Assembly: GCA_030141605.1 (NCBI GenBank)
Contig: JAQGDQ010001078.1
Span: forward strand, 791-64,790
Origin: Tubiluchus corallicola
Lineage: Eukaryota; Animalia; Priapulida
Direction: 5' to 3'
DNA: 64,000 nt
The notes below the pieces were generated by a model. The model did no database searches and was not told the origin of the DNA. It worked only from the letters and a program-made list of their open reading frames with translations. Below are positions 25,567 to 38,400 of the stretch, one piece after another; within the stretch, counting starts at the first letter, position 1, and each line of letters opens with the position of its first letter. The translations under genes were made by a program, and so were the position numbers.

Positions 25567-26244
25567 TATGGATTTTTCTCCCGGTGACTCCCAATCCAAA
25601 GTTCATCCAGCTAGTCCACAGAATGCGAAAGTGGAAATTAGTCATTATTTTTAATATTAATAAATCATTTATGAATATTACTAAATCAATTTTCAATTGA
25701 TTAATTTTGAGCTTGAACTTTGCTCGGGTAATTAATCAAATAATTATTTATAATAAATGTAAAATATATTACAACTATAATTATTATAAATATTTATTTG
25801 CATAATATTTATATATATTTTATAATAACGTATATATGTATAAAATTTTGGACGCAATTAAAATACTCTAATTAGTCCAATATCACTCTAGTTTGGCAGT
25901 CTGAAAAGCTGAAATGGTTGACTGTAAGGAAGAAGCTATAGACTGTCAGAATCACCGAAAAACACGATGGTCTAGCGGTAAGTTCCTGGTTCAAATCCAA
26001 GTTGTACTTCAACTTTCACATTTCCTGTTTTTCGAGTTTGTATCAAAATTTACTTAATTATGGGTTAGCATCGTGATAGTTACGAAATTTAGATTATAAA
26101 CTGTTGATGAACCTTCGTTATCAATAATTTTTAACCTGCATTGTAATATTTCACAGTTTTAGCTTGCTCTACGAACTCGGTGGAGCATTTAGATTGCATA
26201 TCGGTTGTTCTTTACTGTCATTTGTCGTGTTCTTTCAATTCATT

Positions 26245-26700
26245 TTTGCTGCCATCTATTGCCTGTATAAGCAACAAAGTCTGGGAAAGACGAACCAACC
26301 ATTTGCTGCCATCTATTGCCTGTATAAGCAACAATGTCTGGGAAAGACGAACCAATCATTTGCTGCCATCTATTGCCTGTATAAGCAACAAAGTCTGGGA
26401 AAGACGAACCAACCATGTGCTGCCATCTATTGCCTGTATAAGCAACAAAGTCTGGGAAAGACGAACCAACCATTTGTTGCCATCTATTGCCTGTATAAGC
26501 AACAAAGTCTGGGAAAGACGAACCAACCATTTGCTGCCATCTATTGCCTGTATAAGCAACAAAGTCTGGGAAAGACGAACCAACCATTTGCTGCCATCTA
26601 TTGCCTGTATAAGCAACAAAGTCTGGGAAAGACGAACCAACCATTTGCTGCCATCTATTGCCTGTATCAGCAACAAAGTCTGGGAAAGACGAACCAACCA
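26245..26700. repeat. 60-bp minisatellite, about 7.5 copies
   Basis: tttgctgccatctattgcctgtataagcaacaaagtctgggaaagacgaaccaacca, nearly identical units. Confidence 0.95.
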
Positions 26701-26827
26701 ACAGGACAGCAAAAATGAGCAACCTTTTGAATGCTCAGTTGTTAACCTGGGAGAACTTGCAGCATTTCAAATCACATAGTACTAACGTGTCATTTAACTA
26801 ATCTAACTACATTAATTGTATATTCGA

Positions 26828-28029
26828 ACAAATCGCGAGTTGGGTCGGGGAAAACGCCCGTTACGGGACGCAGTGGCCCTCTCGCGAATTCTAAATACGC
26901 CTATGGCACCCACCGCTGAATGGGCTATCTATCCATAGCCAGCACCACCCTCGGCACGTTCCCGTTCTTCAGATCTCAGACGTATAACTTTTGAAAAAAC
27001 GGCCGAAAAATGGCCATTTATGGAGGTTTTTCGCCCCCCGTTCCTCCCGGTGGGCCCGATTCGAAAAATAAGCCATCAATGGCACGACACTAGATCGAGA
27101 CCTTTCGTTTGATATATAGATCGCCGCAAATGGTACCCTCGTCGGAGCTGTAGCCTCGAATCTTATATATTAAGCCCATACCAAGAATATTAATATAAGA
27201 GACTAGCAAAGGCCCCGCAAAAGATTTTGCGTAAAAAACCACGTATAAGCAATAACACGCGAACATCCTACACAGTCCTCATTTATAACACAAAGCCCGT
27301 AACATCCTGCCTACTTACCTAACGCAAAGCCTGTAGCAGCTTTTTACTGAATTAAAGTTATAGACAGAGTACAGCAGGCAGCTTTTACTGAAGCAGAGTA
27401 CAATGGATGACGTCAGCACAATGGAATGCGGTCACCACGGTTTTCTAAGCGAAAATTATCGAAATTTGAACACCTAATTAACTCGTCGATACTCCTCTCG
27501 GTGGACCTGTCCTAACATATAGCCCACATCATCGTGTAGCCCTGTCCTTCCTCTTTGTAAAGAGCTATATATCTCCTTCCGAGAGTCCCACCAAGCGCCG
27601 CTAGAGCGTTTTTCCCGCAGGCTGTTTGGTCAAAATTTCGAAAAAATCGCGAGTTGGGTCCGGGAAAACGCCCGTTGCGGGGCGCCCTAGCCCTCTCGGG
27701 AATTCTAAATATGCCTACTACACCCACCGCTGAACGGGCTATCTATCCATACCCAGCACCCCCTCGGCCCGTTCCCGTTCTCTACATCTCAGCCGTATAA
27801 CTTTTGCAAAAAACGGACGAAAAGGGCCATTTTGGAGGTTTTTCGCCTCCCCTTTCTCCCGGTGGGCCCGATTCGAAAAATAAACCATCAATGGCACGAC
27901 ACTAGATCGAGACCTTTCGTTTGATATATAGATCGCCGCAAATGGTGCCCTCGTCCGGGCTGTAGCCTCGAATCTTATATACATATAAAGCCCATACCAA
28001 GAATATTAATACAAGAGTATAGATATAGA
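26828..28029 (-). mobile_element. Non-autonomous Helitron-like element (27203-28029) with an abutting partial tandem copy (26828-27202)
   Basis: Minus strand starts A|TC(TATATCTATA) and ends CTAG|T; hairpin cgcaaaa-ga-ttttgcg at 27216-27231, about 10 nt from the 3' end; about 370 bp repeated in tandem. Confidence 0.7.
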
Positions 28030-29495
28030 TTAACCTAGATACGTATTGATGATAACGATAACTCTTTATTGGCCTCTTTACAGGCAGAAATTTCTGTACA
28101 AACAGTATACAATTTTACACGGTATTATACTACAATATTTCATGTGCTCATCCGGTATTTACTTTCTATTATGAGTGCAACATTATTTACAGTAATGTTA
28201 AACAAAAAGTATTAAAGTGAGTGCTAAAACCAGGGTTATGAATGAAGCAAGTTTCCTGTCTACTTACATAAAAATACAGTTAGATTAATACGTTAAATTT
28301 TTAAAATCCCGAATGCGATTACTAAGTCCTCGATAAAATACAACCAGTACAGCCGTGACAGTCTCGCGGGAGTATTTAAAATGAAAATAAACAGGAAATT
28401 CTTTTAACGGAGTATGATAAACGCTTAAGATTGCCTCTAAACGTTATAATTCTTTAGCGAAAATTTTCTCAGACTTGCTTTAACTAGGCCTTTTCTTGTA
28501 CTTTAAGCCTTCTGGATTTGTATCAATAATTATACTTTTTAATTGCAACCTGTTGTACCTCAAGTGGCCACCAGGATTACTTGGGACCTCTCCATTTCAG
28601 AAAAAAGTTTATATTTCAGCGGCTAATAACTCCATTGCCGTCCAAAGTAGCTATAATTACTAATAGCATGTACTGCTTCAGTGTATGGCTATAGTGTTTA
28701 GTATTATCTGGTTGACATTGCCTAGTTTCGTCTTTATTTCTCTCTGGAACTCGAAATCAACTGATTGTTTATGCATCACGTCTTCGTAAATCAACCACAT
28801 TCCTGTAAAAATGAACAGGTTCAGCATACATGTGATGGCATACAGAGAGGGGAATATCATCACTTCTTCCAATGTTGCTCCGTCAAATGTTAGATTTATC
28901 ACCGTTCAGTCCCAGAGCTACGTTTTTGACGCTGGTCTGTACGGCAATGGTCCTGCTAAAGAGCCCGTTTAGCCGGCAGGCGCCACTCAAAATGAAACCA
29001 GTCAGGTATCCGAAAGCTGGCAGAGCAAAAGCGGCGAAATGCATCGTCCAGGGAACAAAGTACATGTTTGGTGTGATAAGGCTTTATAAAATGATGTTTA
29101 ATATGATGGCTAGTAGTCCAGCTATACTTCCAATCTGAAAATAACAAAAAAACGCATTATTATTTAGTATACAGAATGGACTGATTGGTCCAAGACATCG
29201 CAAAGGAAAAGTTCACAAGATTTAGATTCAAACTTATTTGTTTACTCAATTTAGATCAAATTTATTTATTCATTCCGTATACCAAAGCAAAACAAACCCG
29301 AAGAAGCAGGTGGCTTCTTGGAAGTTTTCGGATCACACTGAAGCAGCTTAGGCAAAGTATTCTAGTAATAATTCAAAGTAGGGTAATTATATAAAAGACG
29401 CACTAATATGTGTGTTCTTTTGTAAGTATATGCAAGAAAAATGACACACAAGAAAAGTGTTATCACGCAACCAAATATTCTGGTGGCATTTTCAA

Positions 29496-29509
29496 TGTGT
29501 GTGTGCGTG

Positions 29510-29541
<32 letters not shown>

Positions 29542-29581
29542 TGTGTGAGTGTGAGTGTGAGTGTGTGTGAGTGTGAGTGTG

Positions 29582-29613
<32 letters not shown>

Positions 29614-29718
29614 AGTGTGAGTGTGTGTGTGAGTTTGAGTGTGAGTGTGAGTGTGAGTGTGTGTGTGTGAGTGTGAGTGTGTGTGTGAGTTTGAGTGTGA
29701 GTGTGAGTGTGAGTACGT

Positions 29719-29749
<31 letters not shown>

Positions 29750-29757
29750 AGTGTGTT
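29496..29757. repeat. (GT)n/(GTGAGT)n microsatellite
   Basis: Direct reading. Confidence 0.95.
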
Positions 29758-30287
29758 TGCATGCGTGCATGTGCATTTACCCTACTTAATGAAGGTATCA
29801 AATTTAATCATCGTAGTTTTGTTCACTAGCTCTGATTCCTTGCGCATTGCCACGTGAAAATTAACGTAAAAACCGGGAAATAAATAAACCTTACATTATC
29901 TATGATATCGCTTACCTTGATAATAACATTAGCTATTTTAGGTAGTTTGTACTTGATGAAGACTCCTACACAAAATGGAGGAACAATGGAGACTAAGTCA
30001 ATGACAATCCGGAGATGAGTAATGATGAAATGCTCGTCAATCCAGCTGCGACTGTACAAGAGAAGATTTGCTGGCATGGTGCCAAATGCTAGCGCATGTG
30101 TCACGCAGGTTATGCAGATGCTGAAAATCATTTTTATTCAGTTATTCAGTAACTGTCGTTTCGAAAAAGTTTAGAAAACATTGCTTAAAAGTCAGGAAAA
30201 TAATCAGGGCATTCGTAGAGCAACTTCACTAATTAAGCAAACGTATTAATGACTGTGTCTTGTTAATAAGATTGAAAATACGTGTTT

Positions 30288-30503
30288 GGTGAGTCACTGA
30301 TGCACACTGGGAAGGTGTGTCACTGATGCACACTGGGAAGGTGAGTCACTGATGCACACTGGGAAGGTGAGTCAGTGATGCACACTGGGAAGGTGAGTCA
30401 CTGATGCACACTGGGAAGGTGAGTAACTGATGCACACTGAGAAGGTGAGTCACTGATGCACACTGGGAAGGTGTGTCACTGATGCACACTGGGAAGGTGA
30501 GTC
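30288..30503. repeat. 26-bp minisatellite x8 (ggtgagtcactgatgcacactgggaa)
   Basis: Direct reading; in an SLC10 intron. Confidence 0.93.
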
Positions 30504-30804
30504 GGTGACTAATAATTTTCTTTTCCAACTGCATAATTCTTTCAAGCAGATGCTAAATAATAGCTGTAACTTTGTGAGGAAACTTTTTCATAACATGCTT
30601 TAAAATTTCCTTTGCTTGCCTGTAAACCGGCAATGGACGGCAACGCTGCAACCTCATTTTTGGAAAGGAGATCAAAATGCAGAATGTTGCAGTGTTCGTG
30701 CAAAGTTTCGTACTGCAACAGCTTTTGACGCTTTTGTCTGATTATCGATTTCTGTTCGAATATTGGAAAGGAATTTACATTTCCCCACACAGTTTAAACA
30801 ATCT

Positions 30805-31200
30805 GACCCCTAACCTTAACCCTAACCATAACCCCAACTTTAACCCTCACCATAACCCCAACTTTAACCCTAACCCTAACCCCAACCCTAACCATAACCC
30901 CAACTTTAATCCTAATCCTAACCCCAACCCTAACCAAAACCCCAACTTTAATCCTAATCCTAGCCCTAACCCTAACCCTAACCCCAACCCTAACCATAAC
31001 CTAAACCCTAACCTTAACCCTAACCCTAACCCTAACCCTAACCTTAACCCTAACCTTAACCTTAATCCTCACCATAACCCAACTTTAACCCTAACCCTAA
31101 CACTAACCCTAACCCTAACCCTAACCCTAACCCTAACCATAACCCTAACCCTAACCCTAACCTTAACCTTAATCCTCACCATAACCCAAGTTTAACCCTA
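30805..31200. repeat. Degenerate interstitial (TAACCC)n telomere-like repeat
   Basis: Mixed taaccc/taacct/taacca hexamers. Confidence 0.9.
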
Positions 31201-31883
31201 ATAAGATCGCAAGGCTGGATTAAAGGTTTCGCAGGCCTAATGGTACAACAAATGAGGGGTCGCAAGTCCCACACTGTAAAAGAGATTCACATCTTCGTGT
31301 ATCCCGGATTCTCATCTCTTTCTAAAAAGTTATAAATTTCTCTCCAGGGCCCCAATTAAGTGCAAGCAGAACGTTTTTCTACAACGGCGGGTGAAAAATC
31401 TCCAAAAATATTTTTTGCTCATCAGTGGACGTCATACAGAAAAAACAAAGCTCTTTGAAAAGCCACGTTCACATGCACACCTGCGAAGTCTACTGTATTC
31501 CCTGCCAGCATTACATTTCATTCCACCACAGCCCTGTAGTACAATATATACATATATATATGGTAAAATACGTCATAAAAATAAAGCATTATTGTTTAAC
31601 GGTACAAAGAGCAGGCGCGTCTTTCATCTGCTTGATGTACCAGGAACTATATAACCGATGATACCTGAGTGCAACGTCTCCATCATTCCAGTATGTAAAC
31701 ATGTTCGCTATCGTTCCGCCAGGGAGCACCCCAATCATTAACACACCTATAGCTTGTTTAGATGTCATTTGTGTAAAAGATAATACTTTACTAAATAGAA
31801 TAGGCATTTGACAAAATGGACCAGTTAATGTAGAATCTTCACAAAAAGCAAAACAGCCGTAAACCAGACGGATTTGTTCACCA

Positions 31884-32140
31884 GACGGTTTAGTCTAGTG
31901 GTAATGCGTCTGCTTTCCGTCTGGGAGGTCGTGAGTTCGAACCAGCGGCTGGGTGATACCAAATATTTTAAAAATGGTACCTGCTGTTGCCCTGCCTGAC
32001 GCGTGCTATTTAGGGTGAAAGTGGGGTAATAATAGTCTCTGTTATGTAGTTGTAGGTTGTTATTTACAGTCGGCGATAATAGCTCTTTGAGCTAATATTA
32101 ATTGTTGACCCAAAAGCTGACTTTAAATAAAGATTATTAT
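31884..32140 (+). mobile_element. tRNA-derived SINE
   Basis: Pol III A-box TAGTCTAGTGG (31891) and B-box GAGTTCGAACC (31933), followed by a non-tRNA core ataccaaa...taaaaatggtacc; runs into a CT microsatellite. Confidence 0.65.
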
Positions 32141-32258
32141 CTCTCCGTCTTTCTCTCTGTGTGTCTGTCGGTGTCTTTCTCTCTCTCCTCTCTGTTACTT
32201 TCTCTGTCTCTCTCTCTCTTACGTTCTCTCTCTCTCTCCTCTCTGTTACTTTCTTTCT

Positions 32259-32294
<36 letters not shown>

Positions 32295-32333
32295 CTCTCT
32301 CTTACTTTCTCTCTCTCTCTCCTCTCTGTTACT

Positions 32334-32385
<52 letters not shown>

Positions 32386-32419
32386 TTTCTCTCTCTCTCC
32401 TCTCTGTTACTTTCTCTCT

Positions 32420-32450
<31 letters not shown>

Positions 32451-32477
32451 TACGTTCTCTCTCTCTCCTCTCTGTTA

Positions 32478-32514
<37 letters not shown>

Positions 32515-32547
32515 CTCTCTCTTACTTTCTCTCTCTCTCCTGTCTGT

Positions 32548-32594
<47 letters not shown>

Positions 32595-33274
32595 TCTCTC
32601 CTCTCTCCTCTGTCTCTCTCACTCCCACTCCCACTCTCTCCTCTCTCTTTATCTAAAAATATGACGCAGTAAAGTGATAAAAGATCAAAGTTTTAATGAA
32701 TTTTACTCGAGTTTTATCTTGTCTAGAATTATTTATTTCACGAAATGCTGTAATAACATTCGTTTCGCTGCTATTTTTAAAATAACTGTTGCTTTTGAAA
32801 AGCACGGATTCCACTAGTTAATTTTTCATCCTCTTTCGACCTCGTGTGGATCCTGCTCTGGTTTGGATTAAATGTTAATCTGGAAACTGAGTAAATATGG
32901 TTGCAATTGGGAAAAAATTCTAACTGATTGTACTGTAATATCATCATAACGTTGGCGATGATGAGAATGATGATGATGATGACGATGACGGTGTGACAAC
33001 GTCGACAAGGGCAATGTAATGTTTTACAAAAGTAATTGTATTTAGGGTGAAAGTGGGGTAATAATAGTCTCTGTTATGTAGTTGTAGGTTGTTATTTACA
33101 GTCGGCGATAATAGCTCTTTGAGCTAATATTAATTGTTGACCCAAAAGCTGACTTTAAATAAAGATTATTATCTCTCCGTCTTTCTCTCTGTGTGTCTGT
33201 CGGTGTCTTTCTCTCTCTCCTCTCTGTTACTTTCTCTGTCTCTCTCTCTCTCTCCTCTCTGTTACTTTCTTTCT

Positions 33275-33310
<36 letters not shown>

Positions 33311-33349
33311 CTCTCTCTTACTTTCTCTCTCTCTCTCCTCTCTGTTACT

Positions 33350-33387
<38 letters not shown>

Positions 33388-33421
33388 TTTCTCTCTCTCT
33401 CCTCTCTGTTACTTTCTCTCT

Positions 33422-33452
<31 letters not shown>

Positions 33453-33480
33453 TACGTTCTCTCTCTCTCTCCTCTCTGTT

Positions 33481-33517
<37 letters not shown>

Positions 33518-34036
33518 CTCTCTCTTACTTTCTCTCTCTCTCTCCTGTCTGTTACTTTCTCTCTCTCTCTCTCTCTCTCCCTCTCTCTCTCCTCTCTCCT
33601 CTCTCCTCTGTCTCTCTCACTCCCACTCCCACTCTCTCCTCTCTCTTTATCTAAAAATATGAAGCAGTAAAGTGATAAAAGATCAAAGTTTTAATGAATT
33701 TTACTCGAGTTTTATCTTGTCTCGAATTATTTATTTCACGAAATGCTGTAATAACATTCGTTTCGCTGCTATTTTTAAAATAACTGTTGCTTTTGAAAAG
33801 CACGGATTCCACTAGTTAATTTTTCATCCTCTTTCGACCTCGTGTGGATCCTGCTCTGGTTTGGATTAAATGTTAATCTGGAAACTGAGTAAATATGGTT
33901 GCAATTGGGAAAAAATTCTAACTGATTGTACTGTAATATCATCATAACGTTGGCGATGATGAGAATGTTGATGATGATGATGATGACGGTGTGACAACGT
34001 CGACAAGGGCAATGTAATGTTTTACAAAAGTAATTG
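32007..34036. repeat. About 1-kb tandem duplication (32007-33038 / 33039-34036), each copy with a complex (CT)n tract
   Basis: Unique parts almost identical; microsatellite lengths differ. Confidence 0.92.
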
Positions 34037-34494
34037 AAATCAAATGCAGTGAATATTTGTATGTAGTAATGCCATGATGCTCGCTGTGCAATAGAGCACG
34101 TATATTTTTGCTCTTCCTTTCTTTGAGGGATGAAGGAATTGTCTGATGCGGGTGAATGAGTTCGTTTGCTGAGATGATACGATGCAGGCAGTTTATTCTT
34201 TACTATCTAAGACAGCATTAATGCGAGAGGCGTTGAAAATTAAATTAATCGACTGTGATTCTGTGAGAACCTGTTTCTGAAAGTGATTAACGTTTCATTC
34301 AAACGATCGAAAATTTATGACTATCAGAAAACTTGCTAGGTCTACATTATTTTGTTGTATATAAATTCTTAAAGTTTCATGTTTTCATATAAGTTGCATA
34401 AAGTTTAAATGTGTGTAGATCACATCTGCCTGCAAGTAGAAGGTCATTGTACTAGTCGTATAATAATAAAGATTTATCGTCATCACTGTCGTCC

Positions 34495-34505
34495 TCGTCG
34501 TTCAT

Positions 34506-34537
<32 letters not shown>

Positions 34538-34783
34538 TCATCATCATCGTCGTCGTCGTCATCGTCATCATCATCGTCATCATCATCAGCATCATCATCA
34601 TCATCGTCGTCGTCCTCATCGTCATCATCATCAGCATCATCATCATCGTCGTCATCAGCAGCAGCATCATCATCGTCATCGTCATCGTCATCATCATCAT
34701 CTTCATCGTCGTCGTCGTCGTCGTCATCATCATCATCGTCATCATCATCATCATCAGCATCATCGTCATCATCGTCATCGTCA
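34495..34783. repeat. (TCA/TCG)n trinucleotide repeat
   Basis: Direct reading. Confidence 0.93.
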
Positions 34784-35453
34784 CTTCCTAGGTCTACTCG
34801 AACAAGTCGCCTACTGGCAATAATTGGTTTTATTTTAATTGCACCTTGAGCAACTAGTAAGATACTACACTGCTCACTCTGGCGTCGAAAATGGGAAGGT
34901 GAAATGTGAAAATGGGAAGAGGAAACCGGGTAATGAACCAGACTTATCCCAGCGCAACATCTCTGCCATTCCATCATTTTGCATTTGTTGGTTTTGTTTG
35001 TGAAATTAGAAATTAGACTAATTGCTCAGCAGACTTGCAATTATAGATTATATTGTATTACGTACAAGAGAAAGTGAACAATAGCAGACTTGCATTTGGT
35101 GCCCTGTGGTGTTAATGGTGCTATGGGACTGCACATGAAACACCTCGAACTGCAGACATTCACAGTACCCAGAAAACTTGCATATTACGTGTGAAAATGG
35201 TCAAAGACCCTCAGTTATGAAGTCGAACAACATTTTTTATCTATATCCTGGATAAAGCAGTTTAAAAATAACAATTTCTCGTTTTTTTAATAATTACGGA
35301 TTCATTATTTCCATTATTTACACCGTAAGTGTATTTACCATTTCTCTTCTACCAAACTAGATGATTACATCTTTTACTTTCACATTTTGTCTCATTTTCG
35401 CTGCTCAAATAACGTGTTTTATTTTTCTATCCACCATCTTAATAATTATCATT

Positions 35454-38400
35454 TCACCAATTGTGTGTCTTCTTTCCTTCTTTTGGGTCCCCATAACTTC
35501 TATCGTCTCTGTACTCCTCTTCTTTAGTCGCATAGCCTCTCTCCTTTCCATAACCGTCATAGCCTCTCTCCTTTCCATAACCGTCATAGCCTGTCTCGTC
35601 TCCATAACCGTCATAGCCTCTCTCCTCTCCATAACCGTCATAGCCTCGCTCCTTTCCATAACCGTCTCTTCGTTCTCCATAGCCTCTCTCCTTTCCATAA
35701 CCGTCATAGCCTCTCTCCTTTCCATAACCGCCATAGCCTCTCTCCTCTCCATAACCGTCATAGCCTCTCTCTTTTCCATAACCGTCATAGCCTCGCTCCT
35801 CTCCATAACCGTCTCTTCGTCCACTATAGCCTCTCTCCTTTCCATTACCGCCATAGCCTCTCTCCTTTCCATAACCGTCATAGCCTCTCTCCTTTCCATA
35901 ACCGCCATAGCCTCTCTCCTTTCCATAACCGTCATAGCCTCGCTCCTTTCCATAACCGTCATAGCCTCTCTCCTCTCCATAACCATCATAGCCTCGCTCC
36001 TTTCCATAACCGTCTCTTCGTCCACTATAGCCTCTCTCCTTCTTACGAATTTATTGTTGTGACGTCGTTGTTCTTAAGGCTACTTGCAGTTCTCATTCCT
36101 GTCTTTGTAACTGTTAAAGGCTCTAACAACGTAAGTTATTGTTAATTAATTTCAATATAGTCTACATAATTTTTATATCAGTTCTTAGTTATAGCAATAC
36201 ATTTAATCATGCAACTAATTTTCTTCTACTCAATGCAAATTAAACTAAATGTTAATAATTGTCTTTCAGAATAAAGAAACTTTTGGTCAACACGTTAAAC
36301 TGGTGTTTTGTATCCATTTCATTGACGTCTTTCCTTATTATGATTTTCACCATCGTCTCTCGCTAGCCAGCAAGAGGAGAGTTGAAGAGTTCCTCTTGAG
36401 ATTGGCACTTGTGACCTTCTTCTGAATTATGGTGAGTTCACTGAGATTTTACAAATCTTTCTTAGTACATAGGTTGACATGTACTGGACTGTAACAAAGG
36501 TAACAACAAGTCCTTCTTCTGAACAGTTTGAATCAAGGTGAGTTGACTGAGATTTTACAAATCTTTCTTAGTACATAGGTTGACATGTACTGGCTTGTAA
36601 CAAAGGTAACAACAAATCAACAATGCAAGCAGCAACAGCAAAAAATTACCTCACCTGGTGGTCCTGGCGGTCCAGGTGGTCCTTCGACGGTTCTGCAGAT
36701 TGGACATCCTGTAAAAATACAATGCAACAAGTCAAGTAATTTCAACGATTGAGGTCTTGAGATTTAGCATACATATAATCAGACGGGATTGTGAATTTAC
36801 AGACAGATTGGTTAGCAAGTAGAACGCCGTGGAGCAAGTGATTCAAACTCAAAGCAAAAGTGACTTTTAATTTAAAGAAAACTGACAACTAAGAATTTGG
36901 AGGAGTAACACCACTGACAAATACAGTCTAAGCAGGAATAATTTTGTTTAAAAGAATATCTTAATCTTACTGTACAATTTTCAACGCTGTTTCTTCTCAA
37001 ACAAAGTCCAGTTTAACTGAGATAAAACAGGATATTATGGACAAAGGAAACTTTTCAGCTATACGTTTTTTAGAATTATCCAATAATATCAGTATTTCGT
37101 ATAGCGGAGTCATTACCTGTCCATTTCACGTATACACTAGAAGAACTGCACTTATGATATTCAAAACTCCACCCATATTTACTATTCCCATCCACTACCT
37201 ACACTGTATCTCGACACTAGGCGGAGGAGCTGCACAAGCAGCCAACGGCTAGAGGGCGGAGGAGGTCAAGTGACCCAACGGCCATGTGTAGGGGAGTAAA
37301 CCTTCCAAATCAGGAGTGGAACCCGGAAGGCGGACCAGTGCAGCATGCTCACTGACTCCGGCAGCTCCTGCAGCCAACCTGGTGCCAAACGTATCGCTCC
37401 CCTTTCCTTTGGACTACACCAACGAGGAAGAGAGGGGGTTCCTGTTGTCTGGGCATCACAGGATCTCCATACACCTTGCCCAGGCGTGCGACCTGGAGAG
37501 GCCACTCCAGTGGTTCAAGGATCGCACTGCTCAGCCACAGTCGACGCTGCAGCTCCATCAATGTGATCAATAAGTGACTCTCTTGGCGCACACTCCATTG
37601 TTTTCCGAGACAGAAGGATGCCAACCAACCAACCACTACCTAACAAACGTGCGCCTTTTGTGCGAAACGATGCCATTTTTTTTCTCGCACTTAGACTGAA
37701 CAAAATGGATATTTTTCTTTTTGCGAGAAACTCGCGTTTTTTGGGTAAGGAAGTGTCGTTTTCCTCGAAATATGATTGGTATAAAACCCACTACCTTCAT
37801 TTTTCTAGTTCTGCTTTCTTTAAAAATGACAGTCTTTAGAAAAACTACGCTAGCTTTCGGAAAGCACGCGTGATTCTGGATTCGAAAACGCGTTTTTATT
37901 TGGATTTTGGTGTCAAAGCGGCTGTACTGTAACTGGACTTGACAAGCAAGTTTTAATCAAAACACAAAAGTGTCAGATGACACAATAATGAACACAACAG
38001 CACCTTTGAAATGTCAGTTATGAGCTTGTAAACAATAACACATCAAAAATAATCATAGAAGTGCAATTTCAAGAAGAAATTAATTTAGAGCGCGCAAGTA
38101 CGTAAAATGTCATCAGTTCAGTTCAAATGATCCACTTTGAGAATGCAGTGTAGCACCATCTATCGAGGCTGTTCCAAAGAAAAACAGAGCAGTAAGTCTT
38201 TAAACAGAAATCACGTCAGTGGAGATGTACAGGTACAAGTAAATACGCCATTTTGAGACCCATCTGTATCGGTACATACTCCACCATTTTTACAAGGGTT
38301 CCTGGTACAGTCATCTGTATAGATACAAAATAAAACATGAAAACAAATGAGCAATGAATGCCAAGACTGCAGACACACAGATATTACACAACTCAAATAA

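Larger units (their letters stand above)
28678..31837 (-). pseudogene. SLC10-family (ASBT/NTCP-like Na+/bile-acid symporter) pseudogene, 5' part not found
   Basis: Exons about 31837-31665 (AIGVLMIGVLPGGTIANMFTYWNDGDVALS), 30120-29916 (ICITCVTHALAFGTMPANLLLYSRSW...) and 29134-28678 (IGSIAG...RTIAVQTSVKNVALGL...FPSLY). The last exon has an in-frame TAA near 29084 and a +1 frameshift near 28906. The 5' boundary is uncertain. Confidence 0.82.

Noticed and set aside
30805-31200. True telomere or chromosome fusion site
   Set aside because: Short, highly degenerate, single orientation, and inside an intron.
31884-31960. tRNA gene
   Set aside because: A and B boxes are present, but there is no closing acceptor stem or poly-T terminator and it continues into a SINE body. 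Weaker SINE-like heads near 5925 and 25965 were also not called.
34483-34977. Poly-Asp (aspein-like) biomineralisation protein
   Set aside because: A plain (TCA/TCG)n microsatellite with no signal peptide or convincing splice context; similar GAT tracts occur nearby in non-coding DNA. Not fully excluded without RNA data.
35361-36062. Hydrophobic IASLLSITV ORF (+) and MERREA ORF (-)
   Set aside because: Shadow frames of the 27-bp repeat; synonymous variants and upstream exons favour the Gly/Tyr frame.
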